64,000 bases of DNA from NCBI RefSeq assembly GCF_030144855.1, contig NC_082731.1, positions 23,994,001-24,058,000 on the forward strand, read 5' to 3'. Both the position numbers and the translations under genes were made by a program. This document shows, one piece after another, positions 35,790 through 49,100 of this stretch. The notes beneath the pieces are model-generated. The model was not told the origin of the DNA and made no database searches. It saw nothing but the letters and a program-made list of their open reading frames with translations. Source of the stretch: Hypanus sabinus. Taxonomy: Eukaryota. Each line of letters begins with the position of its first letter. Positions within the stretch are counted from its first letter, which is position 1.

Positions 35790-38700
35790 TCTGATAAGGG
35801 AAAATAGTAGATTTAGTAGATAGAAAATGAGGCCGGAAACATAATAATGGGAGTCAAGGAGAAGCCAGATCAATTAAATGCTTATTTTTCATCAGCTTCA
35901 ATGTGGAAGCCCTTAGCAGTGAGCCAAATCTTAAAGGGTGTGAAGGAAATAAGTGAGTGGAGTTACAAGGGAGAAGGTGGTCTAAAAGCTATAAGTCCAA
36001 CGTGTACATTACTGACCCCGACGAGGCGAACTGCACTCCAGTGTTCCGAAAGAAGTAGCGGTGGAGATTGTGAGGACGACAGAAATGATAATCTGAAAAT
36101 GACTGGAAACTGGCTTGGTGCCAAATGACTGAAAATTACGTGTATCACTCTACTCCTTAAGAAAGCAGGAAACAATTATTGAGCAGTTAGCCTGAGCTCA
36201 GTGTTTGAAAAGTGGTTGTATTCAATTGTTAACAATGAGTCTTTGGAGTAGTTGGTGACAGAGGAGAAGACGGCCAAGTCATTAATGTGCCCTTAAGTGA
36301 AGATCTTACCAGAAGTCCCTGGTGGAAATCGTTGAGGAGATTACAAGCAGGACAGAATAAGTACACTGAGAGGATCTGCATATTTCGACTTTCAGGAGGT
36401 CGTTAACAAGGTGCCACACATGAAGTTCCTAGCGAAATTATGTGTCCATGGTTCTGCTGCATGAAGTGACTGACGTCATTAGCGCATTAACTTATTGGCA
36501 GGAGGCTGAATGAAAGTATGACTGTCTAGTGTTGTTTCACATGGTACTGTCTTCCGACCACTAAGTTTTATGCTGTATTTAAACATCTTAGATGATGGAA
36601 CAGCTAGCTTTTCTGCCAAATTTGCATATAGCACGAAAAACTGATGGAGTGGCAGGTAGTGTTGATGAATCAAGCAAGCAGCAGAAAGAATTAAACAGAT
36701 TGCGATAATTGGCGCGAAAATGACAAACGAATTACAATGTCCTGCACCTGGATAATACAAATAAGAGTGCAGACTATTACTTTCAACGAGGAAGAAATGC
36801 AACAATCTGAGATGCAGTGGGACCGGCTTATTTGCGCAGAACACTATAAAGCTTAATTTACAGGCTGGGTCTGTGGTAAGGATAGTTAATCCAGTGTCAG
36901 CATTGAATTCAAAAGGTCAGGCATGTCGGCGTGGAGAGTTCAGAGGAGTCCACAAAGATGAAAAATTCTATCGTTCGTTGTACGTTTGATGGCTGTACTC
37001 GTTGGAATTGAACAGCAAGAAGGGTGATCATATTGAAACCTTCCGAATGTTCTAAGGCATAGACGGAGCCGACATGCTCTGTATGTATTCCAGGGAGGTG
37101 GCGAATAGGACAATAATATTGCCTCAGTATTGTCAGGAGTCTGTTTAAAATAGAGTTGCGGAGAAATTGCTTTAGCCTGAGGGTGTTGAATTTGTGGAAT
37201 TTCTTACGATATGTATCCACGGAGGCTAGGACACACACACGTTCATTGATTTCCCTTAATTAATTATTAGCCATTACAATGATGAACAGATTCTTATAAA
37301 CATAAATATGGGTTTCAATGTGAAGTAAGGTTTCGCAGAATTAAGTTAATTAAAACTGGAACATGATTATTCTTCAGGTTTGAAAAAGATTTATTTAGAT
37401 TTCACTGAATAGCTCCAAACTTTCATTCTCTTTGTTCTATTTTAGATCCAAAACCGATTGCTGACTTAAAAAATGCAAAGCTATTATTCAAGTAACAATA
37501 ATGATACCTTAAATAGAAATTGGTACAGTTTCCGTTTGTAGAGAGAACATGCTGAGAAATCCTAGACACCTAAAAGTACATACGTCATAAGAACCAAATA
37601 AATTTTCCGCTAGTGTTCAGAAGACGTACTTTTAGAGATTGGGGTGGCATTAGAAATGATCTTTTGAAATCATTGGACTCTGGCATGGTACCAGATGACA
37701 GGAAAGTTTCAAAAGTTACTCTACTACTTAAGAAAGGAGGAAGGCCGCAGAAAGGATATTATAGACCAAATGATACGACAAAGTCTGCATGGTTTCTTTC
37801 AGGGAAAATCCTGCCTGACAAACCTGTTAGTATTGTTTGAGGAGATTACAAGTAGGATAGCTAAAGCTAATGCAGTGGATGTTGTTTATTTGGACTTACA
37901 GAAGGTCTTTGACAAGGTGCCACAAATCAGACTGCTTACCTAGGTAAGAGCCCATTCTATCACTGGAAAGCTATTAACATTGTTAGAGCATAGGCTAATT
38001 GATCAGGGCAGTGATTGATTGGGAATAATAGGATCCCGTTCTGGTTGCCTCTCAGTGACCGGTAGTATTTTATTGCAGTCGGTGTTGGGATTACTTATTT
38101 TTATTCAGCATTTAAATGGTTTAGATGATGGATGGATTAGTTCGTTACCAAGTTGCAGATAATGCAATAATTGCTGGAGGGGAATGTAGTTTTGACGGAG
38201 CAGGGAGGATGCAATAGGATTTAGACAGATTACGAGAATGGTAATAAAGTTGCAAATGAAATACAATGTTGGAATCTGTATGGTCATGCACATTGGTAGT
38301 AGAAATGAATGTGCTATTTTCCAATCGTCAAGAGATCCAGGGATCTCAGATGCAGCGGGACCTAGGACGCCTTGTTTTGAACATACTATCTTTAACTTGC
38401 TTTCTGACTCGGTTTTGAAGAAGGCAACGTCATGTTAGTATTAATTTCAGGAAGACTACTGGGCAGGATCATGGATGTGATGTTGGTGAGGCGTCAACTT
38501 GAGTATTGCGAACAATTTTGTGTTCGTCATATTAGTAAAGGTGTGCTGGCATTGGAAAGGGACCAAAGGAGGTTCACAATGGTGATTCAAGGAATAATAA
38601 GTTATAATGTCATGAACGTTAGACGGGTCTGGGTCTGTACTGGCTGGATTTCTGAACGATGCGGGTGATCTCATTGAAACCTTTCGTTTGTTTTAAGCCT

Positions 38701-39040
38701 ATAGAGCGTAGATGCGGATAACAAGTTTCCCATGGTTGGAGAGTCTAATCTCAGGATAAATGTGTGCACTTTTCAAAACAGTGATGAGGGAGAATATTGT
38801 TAGCCAATGGGCTATGAACTTGTGAAGTATGTTGCTATGTGCAGCTCTGGAGACATATTTAAGGCAAAGAATAATAGGATCTTGATTAGACATGAAATTA
38901 AAGGTTATAGGAAGAGGGTTCGGAGCTGGGGTTGTGGACGTAATAGAAAAGATGAACAGCCATGATTGAATGGCGCCCAGACTGAATGAGACAGATGGCC
39001 TATTTCTACTCCTATGTATAATGGGTTTCTGATCTTATGG
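35790..39040 (+). mobile_element. Two older, degraded CR1 ORF2 fragments (about 35.8-37.2 kb and 37.6-39.0 kb)
   Basis: HGFFQGKSCLTNLLVLFEEITSRI...DVVYLDLQKVFDKVP; QLEYCEQF; CR1 tail near 39.0 kb. Confidence 0.7.
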
Positions 39041-39344
39041 TCAATATAAATTTGGGCAAAATGATACTGTACGAATTTAAAATTGTGGTTGCAGTTTAGG
39101 TATTTTATCTTCCCCATTTACTTCGTCATTGGAGTACATAATGCATAAATAAATGCACATGAACATGCATAAAGTAGAGTAAGTAAATAAATAACTTCAT
39201 ATGTGATAACCAGATAAATGAACCATCAACGGAGAAGAATGCATAAATAAAATATAAAGAAAGAATAGATGATTGTGGAAAATATAAATAAACAAATACA
39301 TACATAAATAAGATATAAATAAATATACATAAAATATAAATTCC

Positions 39345-42300
39345 AGGGATATGCTTCGGTGGTTGTGTCTCAGGGCACCGAGACTGGACTCTTATCTCAG
39401 AAGGTAAGGACGGAAAAGGGGAGAGCAGTAGTGATAGGGGATTCGATAGTTAGGGATACAGATAGGATGTCCTGTGGAAGAGATCTAGAAGCACGGATGG
39501 TCTGCTACCTCCTGGTGCCAGACTTCGCGAAATCTCGGGTAGAGTTCTCAGTATTCTCAAGAGGGAGGGTGAGCAGCCGGATGTCGTGGTCTATGTAGTG
39601 TTGGGGAGAAAGAGTTAGGAGGTCCTTAAAGGTGAGTTTAGGGAGCTAGGTGCCAAGTTAAAGGATAGGATTTCCAGCAATTTCAGGATGGCTAATGGTG
39701 CCACGCGTAGGTGTGTTTAGAAATAGTAAGTGCAGATCAACACATGGCTAAAGACATGGTGCAGGAGGACGGGATTCAGATTTATACATAATTGGGCAGT
39801 TTTCCAGGGAAGGTGGGACCTGTTCCTGCGGGACGGTTTGCATCCGAACTGGTTTTGCTGGAGATGATCCAGTTTACTTAAACTAGATACGAGGGGGAAG
39901 GGGGACCGGTGTGAAGAAGAAGATGTATGGGAGAAGAAAAAAGAAGACAGTATTTATTTTACTGTGAGAAGAAGAGGTGGAAAAATTCTTAAATGCATTT
40001 ATTTTAATGGTAGGAACGTTTTAAAAAAGGTGGATGAGCTTAGAGCATGGATTGATACCTGGAAATGTGATGTTGTAGCTATTGCTGCAGGAGGGGTGTG
40101 ATTGGCAAACAAATATTTCTGGATTTCGTTGATTCAGGTGTGATATAATCGGAGGGACAAGAGAGGGAGGTGTCGTGTTCCTTGTCAGAGAAAATATTAG
40201 AGCGGTGCTCTGGCAGGACAGATTACAGGGCTCGTCTTGGGGACTATTTGGCTGGAATTGAGGAATGAGAGCAAATTTACAAGGAGATAGCAGATGTTTG
40301 TAGTAAGCACGGGGTTGTGATTTCGGGAGGTTTTAATTTTCCACACATAGATTGGGAAGCCAATACAATAAAATAATGGATGGGTTGGGGGTTGTAAAAT
40401 AGTTGCAGGATAGTACTTTGCATCAATACATAGAGATGCCGAATAGAGAAGGGACAGTGTGGGTCTTCTGTTAGGGAATTAAATAGGTCAGGTGACAGAG
40501 GAATGTGTTGTGGAGCACGTTGGGTCCTGTAATCACAATGCCATTAGTTTCAATTATGGACAAGGATAGTACAGGACTCAGGGTTGAGATTTTTGATTGG
40601 AGAAAGGCTAACTTTGAGGAGATGCGATTGGACGGAGTGTATTTGGACAATTTTTTTATGTGAAGGATGTAATAGAGAAATGGATGTCATTTAAACGTGA
40701 AACTTTGAGGATACAGAATCTTCATCTTCCTGTTACGTTGAAAGGATAGGTTTGAGAGAGCCATGGTTTTCAAGGAATATTGGAAACGTGGTTAGGAAAA
40801 AAAGAGATATCTACAATAAATAAAGGCGCATGGAGTATGTGAGCTGCTCGAGGAATACAATTAATGTAAGAAGAATCTTAAGAACTAAATTAGAAAAGCT
40901 GAAAGAAGATATGAGGTTGTTTTGGCAAATAAGGTGAAAAATGTCCTAAGGGCTTCCAGAGTTATATTAATAGCAAAAGGATAGTGCGAGGTAAAATTGT
41001 CCTCTTAGTGAATCAAATTGGACAACTACTGTGTGTGGAGCCGAAAAAGATGGGGGAGATTCTGAACAACTTATTTTATTTGGTATTCACTAAGGAGAAC
41101 GATATTAAATTGTGTAGGGGAAGTGAAGCAAATAGGGAAGTTTTGGAAACTATGACGATTAAAGAGAAGGATGTACTGGCGCTTTTAAGGAATATAAATG
41201 TAAATAAATTTCCGGTCACTGACAGGAAAACCTAGGAACTTGAGGGAAGTTAATTTAGAAATAGCAGGGTCTCTGACAGAAATATTTCAAATTTTATTAG
41301 AAATGGGGATGGTGCCGTAGGATTGGCGTATTGCTCAAGAGTCTCCATTGATTAAAAAGTGTTCTACACGTATACCTAGCAATTTTAGATTTGTCAGTCC
41401 GACGCCAGTGGTGGGTAAGTTAATGGAAAGTATATATATATATATAATCTGGATAGACAGGGTCTGATTAAGAAGAGTCAGCATGGATTTTTGCGTGACG
41501 GTCATGTTTGAGAAATCTTATTGCATTTTCCGAAGAGGTTACGAGGAATGTTGACGAGGGTAAAACAGTGGATGTTGTCGAGATGTACTTCAGTAATGCC
41601 TTTGACAAGGTTCAGCACGGAAGGTTTGTTAGGAAGGTGGCTACATGGGAGATGCCAAAGAGTCGTGGTGGATAATTGTTCGTCAGGTTGGAGGCCGGTG
41701 ACTACTGGTGTGCCTCAGGGATCTGTATTGGGTCCAATGATGTCTGTCATATGCATTAATGACCTGGATGATGGGGTGGTAAATTTGGTTATGCATATGA
41801 TACTACAGTTGGTGGCTTTGTGGACAGTGAAGTTTTTTTTTCAAAGCTTGCAGAGAGATTTAGGCCAGTTAGAAGAGTGGGCTGAACGATGGCAGATCAA
41901 GCTTAATGCTGATAAATGTGAGGTGCTACATTTTGGTAGGAATAATCTAAATAGGGCATACAAGATAAATGGTATGGCATTGAAGAATGCAGTAGAACTA
42001 ATTGATCTACGAATAATGGTGCATAGTTCCACGAATTGGAATCTCATGTGGTTAGCGTAGCGACGAAAGCTTTGGGTATGCTGGCCTTTATAAATCACTG
42101 TATAGAGTAGAGGAATTGGGAGGTAAAAATTGCATAAGGTATTGGTAAGGCCGAATTTGGAGGAATGTGTACAATTTTGGTCACCGAATTATAGGAAATT
42201 TGTCAACATAATAGAGAGAGTACAGAGAAGACTTACTAGAATGTTACTTGGGTTTCAGCACCTAAGTTACAGTGAAAAGGTTAACCACTTTGGTCTTTAT

Positions 42301-42697
42301 TCTTTGGAGCGTAAAAGGTTGAGGGGGGCGGGACTTGATAGATTTATTTAGATTGATGAGGGAGATAAATACTGTTACCGTGGATAGGCTTTTTTTCCAT
42401 TGAGATTAGGGAAGATTCAAACAAGAGGACATGAGTTGAGAGATAGGGGGCAAAAGTTTAAGAGTATCACGATGGCGAATTCGTTTACTCAGAGAATGGT
42501 AGTTGTATGGAACGAGTTTCCAGTAGAAGTGCTAGAGGCAGGTTCGGTATCGTCATTTAAAATAAAATTGGATAGGTATATGGGCAGGAAAGGAATAGAG
42601 GGTTGTTGGCTGAATGCGGTTCCATGGGTCTAGTTTAGAGAAGGACTAGAAGAGCCGAGATGGCCTGTTTCCTTGCTGTAATTTTATATGGTTATAT
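39345..42697 (+). mobile_element. CR1 LINE (ORF1 esterase to 3' end), degraded
   Basis: VIGDSIVRDTDR; GVPQGSVLGP...INDLDD; RPNLEECVQFWSP; 3' tail. Confidence 0.88.
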
Positions 42698-42849
42698 AAG
42701 ATGAAGACAATGGATATATGTCCACCTGAACTGAGGCCGGGTAAATAACAGCTTGTTTCAAAGACATGGCGTATGAAGTAAATGTCTTTTTTGCATGTCC
42801 ACACATGTAGATGACATGGTCAATGTGCCGGATGTTGATGGATCTGTGG

Positions 42850-44470
42850 TAAGAGTAGTGAGTGCATTTACAAGCGAGAATGGGTTCAAAAAACTAAACA
42901 GCCTAAGGGTAAGCAAGTCTCCCAGTCCAGAATAATTTCATTCTGTATTTCTGAGCAAGTAACGGTAGAGATTGTGAGCGCATTTGAACATAATCTTTCA
43001 AAACTGATTGGATTCTGGATCTGTACCGCAGGGCTGCAAATTTGCAAATGTCACCCCACTCTTTATGAATGTAAAATGGCAGCAGAACTAAAGTATTGAG
43101 CAGATTGTTTGATCTCAGTTCTTGGTTAGAAGTTGGATCAATTATTAAGGATTATGCTATGTGGTATTTGTTGGCAGAGAAAAAAAAAGATGAGAAAGCC
43201 AACATCCTTTTCATAAGCGAAAATCTAGGAGGAAGTACCTAAAATAATTAATTGTGGAGATTGCAAGTATGATGGATCAAGTAGGAAGGAGAGGATGTTG
43301 CCTGTTTGTTCTTTCAGAAATGCTGTTGACTCACGAGGCTACTTATCAAGTTAAAAGACCATGGCATTACAGGGATTTTCTCTTTTTTTTTGGTGGCATG
43401 GTTAGACAATTCGCTCGTTGGTCGGAGACAGTAAGTAGGGATAAAGGGATCCTCGTCTGGTATTGTTCCATAGGGATCTGTGTTAGGACTGCTTTTTAAA
43501 GCTGTATGTCAGCGATTCAGTTGATGGAATTGCTTGGTTTGTTGCATAGTTTGCAAATTACTCTAATATTAGCGGGAGGGCAGGTAGTTTTGAGGAAATA
43601 GATAGACAACAGAAGGATGTAGACAGATTACGATGATAAGCGAAGAAATAACAAATGAAATACAATGTTGGAATTTGCATGGGGTTGCATTTTAGTAGTA
43701 GAAATAAGAGTGCGGACTATTTTTAACGGGGTGAGAAAATCCATATTTTTATGATGCAGGTTGCGTCATATTTATGCAGAATATTTTACAACTTACCTTG
43801 CAGGTTTTGGCAATGGTGAGGAATTCAAATCGAATGTTAGCATTTATTTCAAACGTTCAGACATATAAAAACAATCATGTGATTCTGACGCTTTACAAGA
43901 CACTGGTGAGGCTTCACCTTGGGTATTGCAAACAGATTTTGGCTCATCAGATAACGAGAGATGCGATTATATCCGGCTGCGTTCAGAGGAGGTTCGCAAG
44001 GCTGTTTCCGTTATTAAAAAAAAGTTTATTATTCGACAATATTTGAAGGCTCTGTGTCTGTACTCACTGTAACTGCGTTGGATCAGGTGTAATCTCATTG
44101 CGGCTTTTTCGAAAGTGAAAAGGCATAAGTAGAATAGATGTACGCAGAATATTTCCCATGGTGGGGAGACCAGGACAAGAAGACACTGCCTCATGATTGA
44201 TTGGAGACCATTAACAAACAGCGGGACAGACACATTTCTTTAGCTTGAGAGTGCTGAACTTGTGGAATTTCAATACGACAGGAAGCTATCGAGGTTAGGA
44301 TGTTGAGGTTAGGATGCAGCGACAGGTAGTCTTTTGATTAGGCAATTTATCAAATGTTATGCGAGATCGCTAGGGAGAGGGGCTGACAATAAGAAAGGTA
44401 GATCAGTCATGACTGAAAAGCGCAGCCCACTCAATGGACCAAATAGCCTATTTCTGCTCTTATGTTCCAT
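42850..44470 (+). mobile_element. Old degraded CR1 ORF2 fragment
   Basis: LYKTLVRLHLGYC and related remnants; CR1-type tail near 44.45 kb. Confidence 0.6.
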
Positions 44471-46159
44471 GAAATGATTTTGACGCACTTTTAATGCACA
44501 AATTTTATATGTCCTCTGAAAGCAAAGCTAAAGAATGAATTACAAAGAAACTGTTAATCTAATATGGCTGTGTATTGGGATTGTTTGATTGCATGTTTAG
44601 ACCAATTATTGGCAAGCGAGAACAGAAAAACACACGACAACTTTATGTATATAGAGAAAGTGTAAATTTTTATTCTGCTTCAAGCATTATTAACCAGAGG
44701 AGCGATAAACAGAATTCTGTTTCAAAATTAAAACATTTTTCAATATGGGAAAGCGTTTTTTTTTTTTGTTTGGAGATAACAAAATACGCCTCTCACCTAG
44801 AAGGGAGCTGAAGAGGGACGCAGACAGAAACGCCGTTATGAGAGACTGAAATCCATTTAATTCCGTTCACGTCCAGAAGTCATTGGCTGCTGCCGCATGC
44901 AGATGACAGCTGCTTAAGGAGCAAAGAGCACTCTAGCTCATGGTTCAGTGAAGAATTTGAGACTGCACAAGGTTGAGGGTATGCTGATACTATTATTGAT
45001 ACCGATGGATTGTGAACTCAATAGTTCCTTCATCTCAATGGACTGGCAAGAGTGCTGAGGGCTGGAAAGGGATGAAGTTTTATATGACCTGCAAAATGTG
45101 GCGCGGTTGCAGGTTTCAGTGGCGGGAAGTTGATAGGACAGTCCAGAAGGAGCCTGCAACTGGTTTTCATGCAAGCGATAATTGCTGAGATTTGGGTCCA
45201 GGGGGCATGCTGAATGCCTGTTACTGGTGTCCGTATGAAATATCAAACTTCGTTGAAAATGATTTGTGGAATACATGCTTTTCCATGTCATTTATCAATG
45301 CGTTATGCAGACCAGAGTAGCACCATGTAATTGATTCGGAAGAGAGCATTATTATCAGATTTGCTATATTATGATTTCCAAATCGGGCAACGATTTCCCG
45401 CGGAATGTATTTGATTATCCTATCCCCCATTCATACTTGTATTTCACTTCAATTTTTGTTTTACCAGTTTTGGTTGCATTGCAGTTGGTGGAGAAAGCTA
45501 GACAAGACAATGCGTTGATATGCACAGATTCACCGTTAGTTCTAGCAATTTTAAGATGTTTTCAATCATACTGCCGGCAAGATGTACTTTAGGAAGTCCT
45601 TCAGTCAGTCACACGAGTTGCAAATCAGGAAGGTCAGTTAAATTTTTGATGGGTTCCAGCTCATGTAGAGGTAAAAGGGAATGAGATGGTGGATGAGTTG
45701 GCAAAGAGGGCGTTAAAGAAATAAAATATAGAAATACATGTTAGTATCAGTAAAACAGAGGCTACGTGTGTAATCTGGAAAAAAACAGTCACCCGACTGT
45801 GGCAAGAAACATTGGACAGCGTGGAGAAATGGAGGTATTTGTATCAAATTCAATAAATTGCTACAGGTACTAGGGTAGGCAGTGGATGCAGAAGAGATGA
45901 AACTGTGTTGACTAGGTTAAGTCTGGGGCACTGTGCACTATACAAATCATTGAAAATGATAAGGAATCGCCAGACAGATTTGTGTGCGGAATGTCAGGAA
46001 GAGGAGTCAGTAGATCATGTAATTCTGAGTTGCAGAAAGTATGGTATACAGAGAGAGATGATGATTATTAATCGAAAGTAATTGCAAATGCAGGAGTACA
46101 CATTAAAAGGATTACTGGGTATGGCTGAGACGGCAGAGGTGAGGATACAGTTAGCTTTC

Positions 46160-49100
46160 TATCTTGGTCCTGGCTGGTATTTCACACCTTTTCCATTTCC
46201 TCCCTAATTAGTCCTTAATCCCCACGCTTGATTCCCAATCTTAACCAATTCCTCTCAATCACCAGCATCTGGCTTCTATTAGCCACCAGAGGATAAGACT
46301 CGACAGGTCTGGTCAGCCGTTGCCAGATTGTTCATCGACTCGCAGAGAGAGAGAGATGAACGTTGCTCCAAGTCTTCATCCCCGTATCTCTCCGTAAACC
46401 AAGTCTCCCAGGTCCTGACTCAGCCTGGTGCCGATTCTACACTCGCTACGGAGATTCTGCCTCCTGATCCTGCCTCCTCGTCGGAGTCCTGCACGTTGGT
46501 TCGTTTTTCCTGCCACGTCCGTGTCACAGAACAATCTGGCCAGCCATGAACTCGGATCCGGAGCATTAGGCTCAGTGAGGTCAGTGAGCAGGTGGACCAG
46601 ATGCCCGTCTCCCTTAATCCGCCACACGCCCCGAGAGCTCCGGCCGACCCATCCCGGCAATCTGGATCGTCTGTGCCCCTGGAACCGGCAACACGATCCC
46701 CTCGAGAAACGTATGCTCCGGAGCCAGAACACTACGCGGGGGATCTAGGGAGGTATAAGCCATTCCTACTACAATACTCCCTAGTTTGCGAGCAACATCC
46801 ACAAACGTACGCATCAGATAAGTCGAAAATCGCGTACGACATGGGACTGTTGCGAGGGTATGCACTGACATGTGCTACGGCTATTTGGGACAAGCAAGCC
46901 GAGGTTTGCCCCTCCTTCCCCACCTTCGTCTCTGGGACGAGGAAGGTTTTTGAACAGCCCCTTCGCGGAAAGGGCGCCGCCAGACGCTTGCTGACCCTGT
47001 ATCACGGTCCACGGAGTTTGGCTAAAGGTACCATCGAATTCCTCACCTTCGCAGCAGACTCAGGATGGAACGACGCGGCCTTACGGGAGGTGTTCCCACA
47101 GGGTCTCGCTGGAAGGATTAAGGATGAACTGGTAGTGAAAGATGACACGGGCAGCCTGGACGTGTTAATCTCTGTAGTGACCAGGCTGGGCGACACGTTG
47201 CGGGATCATCGCAGGGAAAGGGCTAGTCACCCAGCTCATCGGGTAAATCCACGCCCCTTTTCCTTACCTTCCATCAATTCACCTTTATCGACCCTCCCAA
47301 TTTTCCTTCCTGCTCCATCTGTCCACACCGTCCTGGAAGAAGAACCAATGCAGCTGGGTCGGACCCTTCAGCCCCTCAAACCAGGATGTAGATCCCGGCC
47401 ACCGTGATTTTCCAGCAACAGTCCTTGCGCCTATCGGCCCTGGTTGATTATGGCGCTGAGGGCAACCTGTTGGATGAGCACGTACACGCCAGGTCCGGAA
47501 CCACTCGGGAATCACTCACCACACCCTTGGAAACCCGGGGCCTGGACGGTAGGCGGCTGGCTTAGGTAACCCATCGCACTCCGCCCTTAACACTAGCCCT
47601 GTCCGGCAACCACCCAGAGAAGGTTAGATTCAATCTAATCCACTCGCTTCAAGCCCCGCTGATACTAGGATACCAATGTGTGGTCCACCACAATCCCCAG
47701 ATAGACTGGTCCGCCAGGAGGATAGCCAGATTGATTCCGGCATGACACGCCCACTGTCTACGCTCGGTCCCACCTCCCAGGGAGGCTCCGGCGACCCCGC
47801 CGGTCCCCGAAGAGCTTGATCTCCACAGGATACCTGGTGAATACCACGACCTGGGGCAGGTGTTCAGAAAACAACAAGCACTTGCCCTGCCTCTGCACCA
47901 CCCTTCTGACTGTGTCCTCGACCTTCTCCCTGGGTGTCAAATACCAACCAGTCGCCTCTATAATTTGTCGCGACCTGAGAGGCAGGACAAGCAGAATTAC
48001 CTGGGCGATTCTCTCGTAGCGGGCCCCATCAGGCCCTGTTCCTCCCTTGTGGGCACCGGGATCTTCTTTGTGGGAAAGAAAGATGGAACGCTTCAACCCT
48101 GCAAAGATTATCGAGGCTTGAATAGTATAATCATGAAGAACAAATAACAACTACCTGTCATTAGTTCAGCCTTCGACCCGCTACAACGAATGACGATATT
48201 TTCCAAGCTGGATCTACGGAATGCCTACCACCTCGTTAGGATACGGGAAGGGGATGAGTGGAAGACAGCCTTTAACAACGCTCTGGGCCATTTTGATTAT
48301 CTTGTAATGCCCTTTGATCTTACTAATCTTCCCGCCGTTTTTCAGGCCTTCATCAACGATGTGTTAAGGGACTTCATTAACCGTTTCGTATTCGTCTATC
48401 TAGACGACATTCTGCTATTTTCCCGCATGTTCGCCATGCCCGTAGTATCCTTCAGAGGCTGTGGGAAAAGCAACTGTTTGTGGAAGCGGAGAAATGTGAG
48501 TTTCATGTCCCTTCGGTCAGCTTTCTAGCATACATAACCGCTACATCATCGGTGAGAGCGGTCACCGAGAAGATCCATGCGGTAGAGGATGGCCTAGGCC
48601 CAATACCCGCAAACAACTCCAGAGGTTCCAGGGGTTAGCGAACTTCTCCCGCCGTTTTATCAGGATCTATAGTTAGGTGGCAGGCCCCTTCACCCGTCTT
48701 ACCTGGCCCTCCACACCCTTTACTTGGGACATCGAAGTGGAAGCAGCATTTACTACCTTAAAGAGACGCTCTACCACCGCCACCATCCTGATCTTTCCGG
48801 ACCCGTCCCGACAATTTATCGTGGAGATGGACACTTCAGATTCCGGAGGAGGAGCTGTCCTTTCCCAACGGTCGGGTACGGATGAAAAGGTTCACCTTGT
48901 GCCTTTTTTTTCCGCCGATTGTGACCCGCGTAACGGAAATATGATGTTTGAAATCGAAAATTATTGGCGGTCAAACTGGCGTTGGAAGAGCGGAGGCACA
49001 GGCTGGACGGGACAAACGATCCATTAGTCGTCTGGACAGATCACACAAACCTTGGGTATATTGAGAACGCAAAGCGCCTGCACAACCGCCAGGCCAGTTG

